A stretch of DNA of 64,000 nucleotides from Octopus bimaculoides (Eukaryota): the NCBI RefSeq assembly GCF_001194135.2, contig NC_068987.1:42072950-42136949 (forward strand), read 5' to 3'. Position 1 is the stretch's first letter. Every line of letters starts with the position of its first letter. Positions 24,250 to 37,635 of the stretch are shown one piece after another. The notes below the pieces were generated by a model. It did not search any database and was not told the DNA's origin. It was given only the letters and a program-made list of their open reading frames with translations. The position numbers and the translations under genes were made by a program.

Positions 24250-24720
24250 AGTGTGTGGCAAAAGTAACGCCCTTTTGTATTTGACTTTTCCAGTTTGTTT
24301 GCTCTCTCTCTCTCACATAGGATTGTTGCAGGCTTTTTTCAATCTCCACCAGAGTTGTTTCTAGGAGGGACCTTTCACTACTTTTGGAATGTTGGTTGAA
24401 GCGATTTGTAACCTTCGTCCTCTACCTTGGAATTTTGTTCTGTTTTGTGTTGGCCATGTGTTCTGGGACATAGTTCTGGCATATGTTTTGCATGACAGGC
24501 TTCAAATATTCTAGTTTCATGTCAATATCTGGTGTGGAGAGATATTTCGGGCAGTCCTGTCTAGGGATCTCTTTTTGGATTGATTTCTTGTCTGATTTGC
24601 GAAAGTTCAGATTGGAGAGATTTGGTAAATGCACATTTAATCCCCTAATTAGACATATACACGTTTCCACATTTATAATATATGGTTTCATACATTTGTA
24701 ATACCTTATTTCTTGTAAAC
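24250..24720 (-). mobile_element. CR1-type LINE fragment (EN-RT linker)
   Basis: QNICQNYVPEHMANTKQNKIPR and MEIEKSLQQSYVRER, paralogous to 42871-42920. Confidence 0.8.
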
Positions 24721-25701
24721 AATCTAAAAATCACATCTCCTTCTCAGATCACTATAACCTATTATATTATACTCACTAGCCTATATGCTCATCAACTTTT
24801 TACTTTTATAATTCTTAATTTAATATAATTTAATTTAATTTAATCTAATCAAATCAAGTCTCAATATCAATTTTTACTCTCATAGTTAACTATGAATTAT
24901 TTGTTTCTATGTTTTGATGGATATATAATTTTTATATAATTTGTTTATGTTATCTGTTAACCACTAACTAATCATAGCAGTGTCATGGCCTTTCAAATAA
25001 ATTAGCTGACCAATTAGATAACGTGAAATGACGACAACCCCCTACCCATTACCTATAGAGATCCAGCAACTTAACTATAAAATAATGGAAAAAATAACGG
25101 AAGATAATACAGTATCTTGTTAACTACCAGGAGATTTAATGCGTTTAGTAATTTAGTACAAACTGCTATCATAACTATTGATATAAACTTTCACCTCATA
25201 ATGAGAACCATGATTTTAGACCCTCAACTGTAAACACAACATATATTTATGTATATGTCTATCTAAGTGTGTTCGTTTGTTCATTCATACATTTATTTAT
25301 ATGCAAAGACAACACGAACCACTGCAGGAATACACCTTACCTAACGCATGAAATATGTGTGTGTGTGTATGTATATACCTATATTTGACTGCATGTATAT
25401 ATATGTATTTCTCCTTTTATGTGCATTTTCAGTTCTGAAAAACTGTACCCTCTCAAACTCCATTATTTTCTTCAATTATACTGTTATTTCTCTTCCTCTT
25501 TTTAAGCATTCTCTAAAAAGAATATTGTACTACACCTACTAATAACTAATTTTGTTGTAAGTATGTACATGCACATATACATGAATGTGTGTATGCATAT
25601 GTATGTATGTATGCGTGTGTATGTACATATGTATATGTATATATATATACATATATATATACATACGTACATACATATATATATATAATATATACATACA
25701 T

Positions 25702-25984
25702 ACTCTTTACTCTTACTTGTTTCAGTCATTTGACTGCGGCCATGCTGGAGCACCACCTTTAGTTGAGCAAATCGACCCCAGGACTTATTCTTTGGAAGCC
25801 TAGTACTTATTCCATCGGTCTCTTTTGCCAAACCGCTAAGTGACGGGGACATAAACACACCAGCATCGTTTGTCAAGCAATGCTAGGGGGACAAAGACAG
25901 ACACACAAACACATATATATNNNNNNNNNNNNNNNNNNNNNNNNNNNNNNNNNNNNNNNNNNNNNNNNNNNNNNNNNNNNNNNN

Positions 25985-26016
<32 letters not shown>

Positions 26017-26177
26017 GACAGGCTTCTTTCAGTTTCCGTCTACCAAATCCACTCACAAGGCTTTGGTCGGCCCGAGGCTATAATAGAAGACATTTGCCCA
26101 AGATGCCACGCAGTGGGACTGAACCCAGAACCATGTGGTTGGTAAGCAAGCTACTTACCACACAGCCACCCCTGCGC
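25702..26177 (-). mobile_element. tRNA-derived SINE, family B (octopus-type), full length with internal (TA)n
   Basis: Minus-strand head gcgcaggggtggctgtgtggtaag (A box)...gggttcagtccc (B box); body aatagaagac..ttggtcggcccgagg; tail tgactgaaacaagtaagagtaaagagta. Confidence 0.9.
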
Positions 26178-26270
26178 ATATATATATATATGTATATATA
26201 TACATATGTACATACACACACATATATGTATATATATATATATATATATACATATGTACATACACACACA

Positions 26271-26303
<33 letters not shown>

Positions 26304-26313
26304 NNNNNNNNNN

Positions 26314-26347
<34 letters not shown>

Positions 26348-26400
26348 GTACATACACACACATATATGTGTATATATATATATATATACATATATTTATT
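26178..26400. repeat. Compound minisatellite: (TA)n + catatgtacatacacacacatatatg, three units
   Basis: Directly visible; includes 10-N gap. Confidence 0.85.
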
Positions 26401-26429
26401 TATGGGTTTCAGCCACGTGGCTGTGGTCA

Positions 26430-26790
26430 TGCTGGAGCACCACCATGACTTTCCGTCTTTATGCTGTGCTCTCTTCACGTTCCTTATATAGTCCAAGCAA
26501 GAGTTTTGATGGCACATCTGGTGTATAAGAGAATTTGACATCACTGCCCTAAACCATGTCTCATTTCGAGCCATTGGTTCGTCTGGTATCGTGGAGAGGA
26601 AAGTGTCGAATTTTGTCATGAAGACCTCAATATCCATGTCTTGCAGGTCTCTCAACTGTTTTGGCAGGGCATTAAAGAGCTGAGGTCCTCTGAAACCGAG
26701 GCTGTTGCAGTACCTTGTTCTTATGTGAGATGCATTGGACGGTACCCTTGGTACTATGCAGTGGTGACCTGTGCGGGCATTCGTGTAGTA
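26430..26790 (-). mobile_element. CR1-type LINE 3' end
   Basis: GFRGPQLFNALPKQLRDLQDMDIEVFMTKFDTFLSTIPDEP...SNSLIHQM. Confidence 0.85.
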
Positions 26791-26835
26791 CTTGATACCA
26801 AAGTTTGATATATATATATATATATATATAGAAAT

Positions 26836-27256
26836 ATAGACTATGTATTATTCATTTAAAATGCAGAGATGCCTATAATAGGACATCTACTCGTTAGAAA
26901 TAGCAGCAAAAGACTATATACCACAAAAATTAGGGATAATTTCGAAAGGAAATGAAAAATAAAAACTTTTACCAATCTATATTCTGTACCATGGTTTCAA
27001 GTAAGATAAAATTTATATATCTTACAAGGTCGGACTATCATCAGCAGAAATGACCAGACAACTTATGAAGCACGAGTCAATAAGCAGCATGGTTCGTGTT
27101 CCTATGTCTAATTTTTCAAAATATACCGCGTATTTGCGGCTTACCTAATCGGCAGCAAGAAATTTTTGTGGTATATAGTCTTTTGCTGCTATTTCTAGCG
27201 AGTAGATGTCCTATTATAGGCATCTCTGCATTTTAAATGAATAATACATAGTCTAT
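26836..27256. repeat. Inverted repeat: 96-bp arms (26836-26931 / 27161-27256), 1 mismatch, 229-bp spacer
   Basis: Manual reverse-complement comparison. Confidence 0.9.
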
Positions 27257-27779
27257 TCACTGTTTTTACTCTCGCTAGACCACTGGTGGTAAATAAAACT
27301 TCAAAAATTTTTTTTGCTACCCTATAATTTATTAATATATAGAAATATATATATAAATGGATGTGTGTATTGTTTACAATTAACACGGAAATAGATAAAC
27401 TGTAACCAGGGTAGCAGAAAATCACTCAAGTAATAAGGACGTAACACCCTATTTTTAAAGGTAGAAACTCCGGGTTGATGTGAAATATTTTGTATAATAT
27501 ATATAGATTAATAAATGGAGTTAAACGCAGGTGTTATTCAAGTTCTTTCACTTCCAATACATATTTCGTAGACAACATTAGTATTATTCCAAAGGAATAA
27601 AATGGTGTAAAACAATGTAGTCTCTTTAGGGAAAGAAAGAAATCAACCAAACTAATCAATGACATTTTAACAGAATGTGATGGATGTGTATAATGATGAA
27701 CGGAATGCTATTAAGGTTTTTTAAAAACCGTTAGAGGATATAACGTCAAAGGAAGCCAAAAGAAAGAAATAAACAGAAA

Positions 27780-28265
27780 ATTCCCCTCCTTGTGCTGCTC
27801 TACATCAGCTCCGTACCTGCTGTCACCTTCAATGTCCTTGCATATCTACTGCAACCCCTGCCCCAAAGCCTCTCATATTTCTCTCCATCATTTTCTCGTC
27901 ACTTCATCCTGCCAACTCACTCAGCTTGAGCCTTTATATCATCTCACCTACTTTCACCACCCCTAATGGGTCTCAAGGGCATGTCAAGACACATCTCTGC
28001 CATCATCTCTCTCATTCTCACTCTATCTTGCTCTCCAACTCACTCTTTGCTTTCCATGCATCTACTCTACAGCAAAACACCTACATTTGTCCCCTCTATA
28101 CCTTAAATCTTTCAAATAGCACAAAGTCACACCCTTCAATACTACTCCCACATACCCAGTTGTGGGATTTTTCTTTTGCATGGTACTTGATGACCCTGTT
28201 AGTACATGGTGTCATATACGAAATACTGGTGCTGGTGTCATGTAAAATGCATTGTCGCTGCTTCA
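27780..28265 (+). mobile_element. RTE-tailed repeat family copy (tail truncated)
   Basis: Pyrimidine-rich body then gcatggtacttgatgaccctgttagtac...gctggtgtcatgtaaaatgca middle motif. Confidence 0.5.
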
Positions 28266-28824
28266 CTTTCCTATAATCATGAAGTGACTAATTCATTCTA
28301 ACTTACATGTAACTCACCTCTTTTATATGTAAATCCTCTCTTTTTCATATCTTATAGTTTCTCCCCTCTTTGTCCTGTGAAACAATTTAAAGAAAAGATC
28401 CACCAAAAGAGCCTTCTTCAGACTTAAGGAGTACATGTAAAGAAATACATGCTTCTAAAACCAACATAAAGACTTCATTTCATAAGTTTTGATCATGGAG
28501 TAGAGAAATTGAAATATGATCATACATACAAGAACAGACCTTGCCAGAAGCTCATTGTAATTAGATCCTTGAAATTTGACTCTTCCTGTAATAGAATCCT
28601 TGTGTTTAGACCTTTCCTCTAATAAGACCCTTACAATTAGATCCTTTCAGTAATTTTCCATGTCTGTCAAACATTATTTTATTGAATATACATTTAATTA
28701 ATTTCTTAATTTGATCGATCAAAAAAGGTTTTACAGTTGTTATTAGTACACTTTTGGCAAGGAAATAAAAACAAAAATTTTTTTTAAATAGTGCTGGAAA
28801 ACAAGAATTTTGAATGAAACTTAC

Positions 28825-28909
28825 TAATTCTTCTTGACGAGTTCTGGAGGTTTTAAGTTCTTCCAGCTCCTCCATTGCATTATCAAGACTCTGCTTTAAC
28901 TCTTGTGAC
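28825..28909 (-). CDS. TPR: TPR exon, 85 bp (KSQELKQSLDNAMEELEELKTSRTRQEEL), phase 2/0
   Basis: Acceptor ttttgaAG, donor GTAAGT. Confidence 0.92.
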
Positions 28910-29355
28910 CTTCAAAAGTTATGAAGAAAGCATTTGTCACATAAACTTTAAAATGAGAATGGAGTGTAACAATGTGTGGCAATAGCTAACTTTTGGGAAT
29001 TAAATCTTAAAGAAAGGCACAAAACTAAATTTAGTCCTGATTTACAGATCCAGAAATCTAAAATTTGACCAGGATTAGACACTTCCACCTCTAAAGTTCT
29101 TAACAATAACCCAGGCTAAAACTGAATGATAATGATAAAAAAAAAAACAGTACCAAATGTATTTGTGTACAATGTAATCCTGGAAAATATATATCTTTTT
29201 TGATATGCACCAACTTTTCTTTACTATTGTAAAGTGTGTGGATTGCAAGGCAGACCATGTTGAAAAATAAACCTCATTTGGTTACATTCCATGAGAGTAT
29301 CTTTGTCGGCCTATGAACTTTTCAATCAACCCCAGCACGTGTGTGTGAGTATACA

Positions 29356-29562
29356 CGAGGGGATGCTGAAAAGTTCCTGATTTAAAGGGTATCATGAAAG
29401 GCCTGGTTGGAGACCCAACCTTCCAAGTTCTTTTACAAGGTTTAGAAAAACTGAAGGAACACTACAATTGTGAATCTGAGAGGGGAATATGTTGAATAAA
29501 ATTATAATTAACTGAGCCTCCTTTCTTTTATCCAAAGCCAGGAACTTCTTAGCACCTCTTCG
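29356..29562. mobile_element. Mariner-derived MITE (~207 bp)
   Basis: TIRs cgaggggatgctgaaaagttcctg / caggaacttcttagcacctcttcg; TA on the right. Confidence 0.8.
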
Positions 29563-30399
29563 TATGTACACACACACATATTTTTAATAGTAGTTTGACT
29601 CAGCACCACATGGCTTAAAGCTATGTGAGTGCATAGGACATGTCCATCTCATCAGCTGCTAGGAGTAGGTTTCTGGGAGTTTATACTGCTGTTGGTCAAC
29701 TTAGGTCACATGATATTGATGTTATCAATGCAACACCAACTGCTTTTTATATTTCTAAACCCACATGTTCAAGCAGGACGTTGACACCACTTTAGTAGCA
29801 AGTTGCAATATAGTGTACAGAGACATCAATTCCTTGTATTGGGTATCAAACATGGTGGAGCGTGATTTTGGTGTAAGTCATAGCTCAATCATTGATCAGT
29901 GGAGTATGACTGCATTGGTGGCAATACTCTTTACATGGAAGTAACCAAATTTGATAGTGTTGAATTACAACTGAAGTTTTATAATCAATATAAGTGGGAT
30001 GTTTACTATATGGGTAGCAGAGACTAAATACCCTTTCCTTGTGTATAGACAGCCAGGCCTAGGATAGTATATCTGGGTTGTCAGCTGCCAGTGGTTCAAG
30101 TTCATTAACATGGCAACCTTAACAATAAAGTAATTGGTTTCCCTATTGATGGATACTGTGGGTTGGTGGAGTATGTGTAGCCTCTTGCATGGAAACAGTT
30201 GGCAGTTGCAAGCTCCAAGTGAATAGGGAGAGGCCTTATCGATGATACTACATTTGATGTTGGGGAAGTCATTTCAATGTTCACAAGTCTCCAGATGAAG
30301 CAGGACAGTGGGGTAAAGTTTTCCTAATCCCTGCAACTGAATGAGTGCATACACTATGTATACCTTCCCTTAAAGTTGTTGGCTATCATGTCTTCGTAG

Positions 30400-30740
30400 T
30401 GTCTTGTGATGCCATCAGATGGTGTGAGTCTTTGAGAAGCAAGCTCCTTCCAGCATATAGTTGGGTGCTTTTTTTCATGCCACTAGCACTAATGAGGTCA
30501 CCAAGTAAATTGCAAGATAGGAATTGAAAAGAAAAATCCCCCGCTCAATTATGGGATGTATTTGACAAAGGGGAAGTGGCTTTATGCCAGATGTTGAGAG
30601 GCTAAAGTATGCTAGAGCAACAAGCACAGATGTCTTGCCATATAAATACATGGCCACCCACATTACTTAATGGTGGGTGGGAGTAACTACAAAGAAGATA
30701 AAGATGGTGGTGTTGAGGTGTCAGAGATAACAAGGAGTGC
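30400..30740 (-). mobile_element. RTE-tailed repeat family, middle segment
   Basis: gggtgctttttttcatgccactagcactaatgagg; gtggctttatgccagatgttgagaggctaaagtatg. Confidence 0.6.
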
Positions 30741-31251
30741 AAAAAGGTATATATTTATAGCTTAAATTTCTGCCCAGATAAAACATAAAACCACATTTTT
30801 ATTGTTATCTCTTTTATTTTCTGATTACTTCCTACCAGTCATCATTTGTTGTATTTAGGAGGACCTCAATTGAAACAACATCCGATATAGCTTACTTCTA
30901 AAATTTAAGGCATTATCACTAACATAAAGATTGTGTAGCATTTTTATAGTGATTTAATCTTTTCATTACAAATCAGTTAAGTTAGACAATAGATATATTT
31001 CCAGTCATACTATCCTGAAAATGATAACATACTTACAGGGATGCTGGCCAGCAAACAAGGGATAATATTTAGTTCTTATGTCTATTAGGTTGCCTTAATT
31101 TTTAAGTTAAAAAACAAAAAAAAAAAAAATTGCATATTATGCACAAAAATAACAGTAAAAAAATAACCAGTAGTAACGTTTTTTTGTAGAGTTAAAGGGT
31201 GATGAAAAATGGTCTTATGGGCAGGAAGAAATGATACTAATAAATCTTTAC

Positions 31252-31353
31252 TTTGCATCCGTTGCAGCTTGTTCTTCTGTTTCACGGTCTTCACTAAGTT
31301 TTCTAACCACTTCCAAAAGACGCTGGTTCTGTACTTGCAACTCTTGGACACTT
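31252..31353 (-). CDS. TPR: TPR exon, 102 bp (KSVQELQVQNQRLLEVVRKLSEDRETEEQAATDA+AA), phase 2/2
   Basis: Acceptor tccatAG, donor GTAAAG; aligns to human NIEELQQQNQRLL. Confidence 0.94.
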
Positions 31354-32441
31354 CTATGGAAAACAGAAAATGTTATATGTGTGAATGTGTGTGTGCGTAT
31401 ACACACACAGTTTAGTTAGCAAAATGTAGCAAAATTTTTGGTTGATGGGGATATATAATCCGAGTAGATTATAGTGACGGAAACATTATGTAGGTGAAAA
31501 TAGAAGAACTTAAATGACTGCGTGATAAAAAAATTGGATATTCTCTAGTCTCTGTTTCCCTTAAACTGATTCAAGAGAGTTTGTGTGTGTGTGTGCATGC
31601 ATATGTTCCTTATGCATTTGGAAACTCAGTTGCTGATTTTGACATATGGAGTGTCAAAAGATTCAGTAAAATTTTCGGCTACCAAATAAACTTTATTTTC
31701 ATTTACATATTTCCTACATATCTCAACAACCAGCTATAGTTATTTGACATACACTGCTCTACAGTGACCAGGTTTCATTAGAAAGTGGAAATACTTTCAC
31801 ACTTTCAATTTCAACCAAAATTACAAAGTGTCATATTATGAGAGTGACAATGTGTGAATAATGAAAGTAATAATTCTCAGAATTAGTCATATCTGTTCTA
31901 TAATAAAGAAAGCTGCTTATCTATCTACCAAAAAAACTATGTTTTTGGCACAACTTTTTTTTACTACTAAAATAACCTCAGAAATAAGGTCGAGTCACAT
32001 AATTTTGAGGTCATTTTTGGGCAATATTTTGATTTGCTTCTAATGTCTCATTTTTGTCCAATGTTTCACACATGCATAGAATTCTATTCAGACAAACATT
32101 TATGAAAATGTACACATAAATATTGTATTCAAATAAGCCACAACCAAAAAAATTTCATTAAAAGACATCCATTTCTCTATACATTATGAGGAAATAGTCC
32201 CTCACTCACATCCTCACATAAATACAAAATAGATGTATGCATATGTGTTTATGTACATGTATATGAAAGATAATGTGTGTGTGTGTATGAGAAAGAGAGA
32301 GAGCAAGTGAGTGCCACTTACACATACATACGAATATTTACAATGTCCTTAACATTGGAAACAACGATTTTACTTAATCATGTTCATAGTTTTTATAAGA
32401 AAAATACAAGAGAGAGAGAGAGAAAGCAATTCTTTACTTAC

Positions 32442-32566
32442 TTAAATGTGACCAATCTCTCAGAAATAAGTTGTGAAGAACTTGTCACCTCAGTAGAAGA
32501 AACTTCTTCATTAGCAACAATATGTCCACCTCGTAATTCTTCAACTTCACGCAGCAAAAACTGAAC
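32442..32566 (-). CDS. TPR: TPR exon, 125 bp (VQFLLREVEELRGGHIVANEEVSSTEVTSSSQLISERLVTF+AA), phase 0/2
   Basis: Acceptor aaatAG, donor GTAAGT; aligns to human IRVLLMELEEARG...ISQHLVSY. Confidence 0.95.
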
Positions 32567-32710
32567 CTATTTTACAATACAGGATAAAAGGAAAAAGAAA
32601 AAAAAAAAATCAAAATACCTTTCTCTTTTCTAACTTATAGAAACAATATGGTAATAATGAAAATGAAGAGGGCAAAGCTGTTTCATCAGAGTGGGTTAAC
32701 CTCATGTTAA

Positions 32711-32830
32711 CCCTTTTGATGTCATAGAGATTTCTATCACAAAACTAGAGGCAGTTTCTATGTTATGTTCCAAACCTCAGTTTGAGACTTACAGGTAGTT
32801 GTATTTCATTAGAAATATTTTAACAAAAGA
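32711..32830. mobile_element. Short piggyBac-like MITE, TTAA-flanked
   Basis: TTAA|CCCTTTTGAT ... CAAAAGA|TTAA; internal tgttccaaac shared with 48697 copy. Confidence 0.5.
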
Positions 32831-33838
32831 TTAACTAAAAGTATATTTCATCCCTTGCTCAATATAAAGTTAGACTTCAAAATGTGAAAAAAAATTTTTT
32901 TGGCTAAACATTTGAGACAGTTATAGACATGCTTTAAAGTGATAGAGTTTCCTCAGTAAAAATGTAGCCTCGAGTTTAGGTTGTTGAGATAGACAAAAGT
33001 AGATTTAATGCATAAAATATTTAAAAAGGCTCGCCTAAGATTAAATAAGTATTGAGTCATACTTGATTTATGCATTTTTACCATATCTTAATTGGTGTAA
33101 TCTTGAAACATCTTTGGATGATATGTGTGTGTGTGTGTGTGTGTGTGTGTACATGTGCAATGGAATTTATATCCATTTTTGTCAAGGGTGAGAGGGGCAT
33201 AATGTATTCTTTAAATGAATTATTTTCACAGATGCACTTTTATGAATTAGGAGTCAAATAATTTACATCATTATGTCAAAATGCCTTCATATGCTCAATA
33301 GTCCAACGCTTGAACTGAAACCGGCACACACATACATATATTCACAGATATGTCCATATATCTCTCTATGCATTCATTATATTCTGCTGAATAGAATTCA
33401 CAAGAAAACAATTTTTAAAAAAATCAAAGAACAAAAAACAAACTAGAGTAAATAACAATTCAACTAATGAGATTGGTTCTGAGTATTATCAACATCTTGT
33501 TTTGGTTGTAATACCTGCAGTATAGTACATAGATACTCCTTTTGATCTTGTGAGATCTCACTTCCTCATTTCTCTCTCTTCCATTGTCAATACACAAAAT
33601 ATTCTCACCCAACATTCAATGTCCATCCACATTATATGCCCTACTACAGCAGTTACCTTTCCTAAACAAATCAGCTAAAGACTCAAACCTAACATCTAAT
33701 TTAATGCATTTGTATCACTGCACTTCCTTTAAGCAAATATAATCTCTTAGCCTTCACAGATCTTTCATGTTCACTGTTTCAATTTACTATTTTGAAGATA
33801 GGCCGAAGACCAAACCTGAAGGAGAAAGAAAAACTTAC

Positions 33839-33946
33839 CTGTTGTCCCAAGTCTGTTGATTGTTGTGTCAGCCTTTTTATTTCTCTCTGAGAATATGTCA
33901 TACGTCTACGCGTTTCCTCAGTCTCACTACGAAGCTTTTGTCCTTC
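33839..33946 (-). CDS. TPR: TPR exon, 108 bp (EGQKLRSETEETRRRMTYSQREIKRLTQQSTDLGQQ), phase 0/0
   Basis: Acceptor tttcaAG, donor GTAAGT; ends DLGQQ like human DLSQQ. Confidence 0.92.
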
Positions 33947-34103
33947 CTTGAAAATGAAAAATAAAAATGTAAATGTCATCCATAAACTATTTTCTACCTT
34001 TACCAAGGACTGCCATACTATAATTCTCACAGTAGAAAAATAACAGTTATCAGTAAATCAAAAAAAGTATTTGCAAAAATAGATGCTACGGTACATAAAT
34101 ATA

Positions 34104-35358
34104 CAAAGTGCATAAGATATTTGAGGACAGATTTATGTTTATAAAAAAAACAGTTATATATAATAAGATAACTTTATTTATCAAAAATTGCTATGAGGAT
34201 AAAAATAAACCTTTTCTATAATGTTATTCAATAAAGCCACCTTCAGCTTCAACAACTGCTTCTATATGAGATCTAAATCATCTACATACTCGAATCAAGT
34301 GGTCCTGATTCATTTTGGGCATTACTCTAACTATGGCAACTTTCAAAGAATCTTTGGTGTTATGGGCATGTTCATTGACCTCTCTTTCAACTACACTCCA
34401 CATGTAGTAGTCCAATGGATTGAGATCTGGGGAATTAGGAGGCCAAATGTTAGGGGTTATGTGATTATGAAAATTTTCAGCCACCCATTCCTGTGTTACT
34501 ACAGCCATGTTTGATCGTGCAGAGTCTTACTGAAACACATATGGCCATCTACTGCATACATTGTCTATCCAGGGCTTAACAATTATCTCCAGGACCTCAC
34601 TGTAGGCAGCAGAGTTAACTCTAAGGCCTTCTGAAAAGAAGTAAGGACGCATCACATGTCCTTCATTGCTGACAACCCCTAAAACCATGACAATTGCAGG
34701 AAATTTTGTATGCATAACACTTGGAACTTCAGAAGGGTCTGCACATAAACATCTGTCATTTCTTCTGTTAATTTATTTGATCTTAGTCGAAGTTGTTCTC
34801 GTTTGAGAAAAATCAAATCAAATCTTCTTCTACTGGATTTTTCAGTTTGTTTAAGAGCCTTTTAGATCTGACATAGTGATTTTCTTTTGCTGACAAATTG
34901 ACCTTTCCTCATCATATAAGACTTATATCTGATGTCTTCGTGGACAACATTTGTGATTGTTCCTTCTGACACATGGAGATCTTTTGCAATTGACCTCATG
35001 CACATTCTGGGAATGTAATCAATGGCTTGTTGAACTTGCTGGATAAACTCAGGTGTTCTGATGATTTCAGAGCGTTTAGAATGCTTTTTATGCTTTGATA
35101 CTGGTGATACGTTTCCATCTTCAGTCCCTAGCTCCTTACAAACTTTATAAACTAAAGATCTGGCAACTTCCCAGAATCGAGGTATTTCTAAATCGCTATG
35201 CTCAGCCCTTATGACCACAATAACAGCATGCCTCTTCATTTTTTGAGTAAGCTGAGGGTCTGCCATTATTATTTTCTGAAACAAAGATTATACAGAGTTA
35301 GCAAAAAATGCAGCAATGACCCAAAAAAAGGTATGTCTCAAATACCTTACTCACCCTG
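34104..35358 (-). mobile_element. Tc1/mariner maT-family (DD37D) transposon, full-length but dead
   Basis: TA-flanked diverged TIRs; KFPAIVMVLGVVSNEG; D-SARSN...WPPNSPDLNPL-D with 37 intervening residues (counted); stop codon just before catalytic D. Confidence 0.9.
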
Positions 35359-35869
35359 TATAAAATAAGTTATTTTTCATCTAAAGGATACAGCATAAGA
35401 TTGAGGGTTACTTATTTGTTCTCCTATACAATGTATTTTAGTCATCATACCTCATCACTGCCATTATTTAATGTCTACTTTTCCATGCTAACATAAGACT
35501 GACGTAATTTATTGGGATAGATTTCTTCTGGGCAGGTGCTCCTCCTGATACTAAGCCTCACCTGTTTCTAAGCAACGTAATATTTCTGTGGCCTAATGTT
35601 TTTCACAAGACTGGAAACAACATCACTTTATGACAGTGATGCTTGTTTACAACATCAAGTTATGCCAAGAGAACGGTGCACGCAAACATACACACATGTC
35701 AGTTTAAGGGGATCCAGTAAATTGTGATGAAAAGCTTGTAAGCATCTAGCATATATAAGGCCTGTACAGAAAACTCAAAGGAAAACATAATCCATTCATC
35801 TTCTCAGCCCACTGTTCATGGGAGGGTTGTGTCCTCAGGTACATCATCCATAGGGTCCTATCAGAAGCA

Positions 35870-36640
35870 ACCGTCATTACAGTTTCTAATAGGATTCCCA
35901 AATGTGACTAACACAGACCATGGATATAATCCAAGCAGCTCGTTCTTGATCCACCTCTAGGTTTCCTGCTGGTTAGCTCAGCTTGAAGAATCTGTCAGGC
36001 AATTCTTACTTCTGACATTCTGATCATGTCGGTAGTACTGGAGCTATGACCTCTCAAATGCAGAGAAGTAGTAGCTCAACCTGGAGAAACTTCCTGATCT
36101 CCAAGCTATACACCCTATCAAGTAATGTTACTCCAGAGATCATTGAGCAGAACCTATTTCAATCACTTGTATTCAGAACTGTATTCTTTCAGAGATGACC
36201 CAACATTCATAATGATAAGTTAGGATAGGCATGAAAACTAAATTGAAGGGAATTAGTTAATTTCTTTTGCCAACCTTTCCTCTTCTGAGGATCAAATGCT
36301 GGAACTGGTGCATTACTGTACTAGCACCTGCAATTCTAGCATCCAATTCAGCCTCCTGCCTTCTGTCATTCAGGAATATGGTCCCAAGATATTTAAAATT
36401 CTCCTCAACAGTTGTTCCCTCTGAACTTGTATCAGGGTCCTTTGTATCCCATCCCATACCTTCAAGAAGTTGCAAGCTTACTGCTAGTTGTACCAGTATT
36501 TGGTGGAGACTGCAATATATTTATTGAATAGCCCACCCCTCTACTTAAGATTTGAATATGTCTGTCTCTTGTTAACTTGTGTGACGACAATGTGGTATGG
36601 TTGTTCTTTTGAACCACTTCCAATAATTCCTCCAAAAACG
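35870..36640 (-). mobile_element. Old RTE-clade LINE fragment (different subfamily)
   Basis: VEENFKYLGTIF..DRRQEAELDARIAGASTVM. Confidence 0.65.
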
Positions 36641-36728
36641 ACAATATAAAAGGGTTTCAAACATATTTATAACAACAAATAACTTACAAACTCCAGTTAT
36701 TGCAACATTATCATCACTAACAACTTAC

Positions 36729-36926
36729 CAACATAGCAGTATCCAATTTGTGTGTAAGCTGTGTTATAGTATGTAAGGCTTGCTCATAATCTTCTCGCTG
36801 CTGCCTTAAGATAGGGGCTTTTTCTTCAATTTCTTGCATAATCTGATCCAAGTAACTCTTCAACCTTTTGTTTTCTTCCTTCTCTAGCTGTAATTCTTCA
36901 ATGGCTTGAACATATTCATTGTAGAT
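36729..36926 (-). CDS. TPR: TPR exon, 198 bp (IYNEYVQAIEELQLEKEENKRLKSYLDQIMQEIEEKAPILRQQREDYEQ...DTAML), phase 0/0
   Basis: Acceptor tgttAG, donor GTAAGT; strongly conserved TPR segment. Confidence 0.96.
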
Positions 36927-37537
36927 CTAACAATGGAATGCAAAAGAAAATATAGTGAAAACCGGTCACAACAATCAATTGTCTAAAACAAAATAGGTAC
37001 ACACAACCTTAAGGGGAAGGGCGTGTGTGTGTGCATGCAAGTGTTTGAGTCTATGTTTGTATTGCAATGGTATCAAACTTGGAACTATGTGGTCATAGAG
37101 AAAACTTCTTCACCACACATCCATGAGTATGTTCCAGATTTTAAAATATTTAAAAAAGAAAAAGATCATGAAAATAATTAAATTTGTTCAAAACTTATTG
37201 GTGCAGTATTGAGAAACTCATTTTTCAATTTTGGATGACTTCTCATGCTATAAGGCGTAAAAGATTTTTTTTTCTTTTTGGTAAACATTGTAAATGTTGT
37301 TGCTATTCCTATTTTTATTTTCATTTGTCTTTTGGGAAAGTGAAAATGTTTGCACACAAATTATATTAAAATATTTCTTGAACCATGTTAATAATGATAA
37401 CCACCACTTATTAGTATTCTTCACTATTCCCTTCATAATCATCATTATCACTGCTGTTATAATCCACTCAAGTTAAACCTGGCATTAACAAAAACAAAAT
37501 TTTAAAAAACGGCAGAAAGAAAAGAGATGGAAGTTAC

Positions 37538-37635
37538 CTGTGTCAGTGTCATACCAGACTTGAGTAGTTTACTCGTTGCTGCAGCTGTAGGCGAAACTGA
37601 TGCTATACTTTCAGCAGACATTTCTGTACCACACA
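37538..37635 (-). CDS. TPR: TPR exon, 98 bp (LCGTEMSAESIASVSPTAAATSKLLKSGMTLTQ), phase 1/0
   Basis: Acceptor tctctAG, donor GTAACT; conserved TPR/Mlp SPTAAA..K..K.GM.LT motif. Confidence 0.95.

Noticed and set aside
23307-26655. ORFs rich in YI/CV repeats or X
   Set aside because: They are translations of (TA)n/(CA)n microsatellites and N-gaps.
22500-30350. Faint LINE-like RT remnants at ~22500-22960 and ~29640-30350 (minus)
   Set aside because: Only vague motif resemblance in heavily interrupted frames; not supportable without a profile search.
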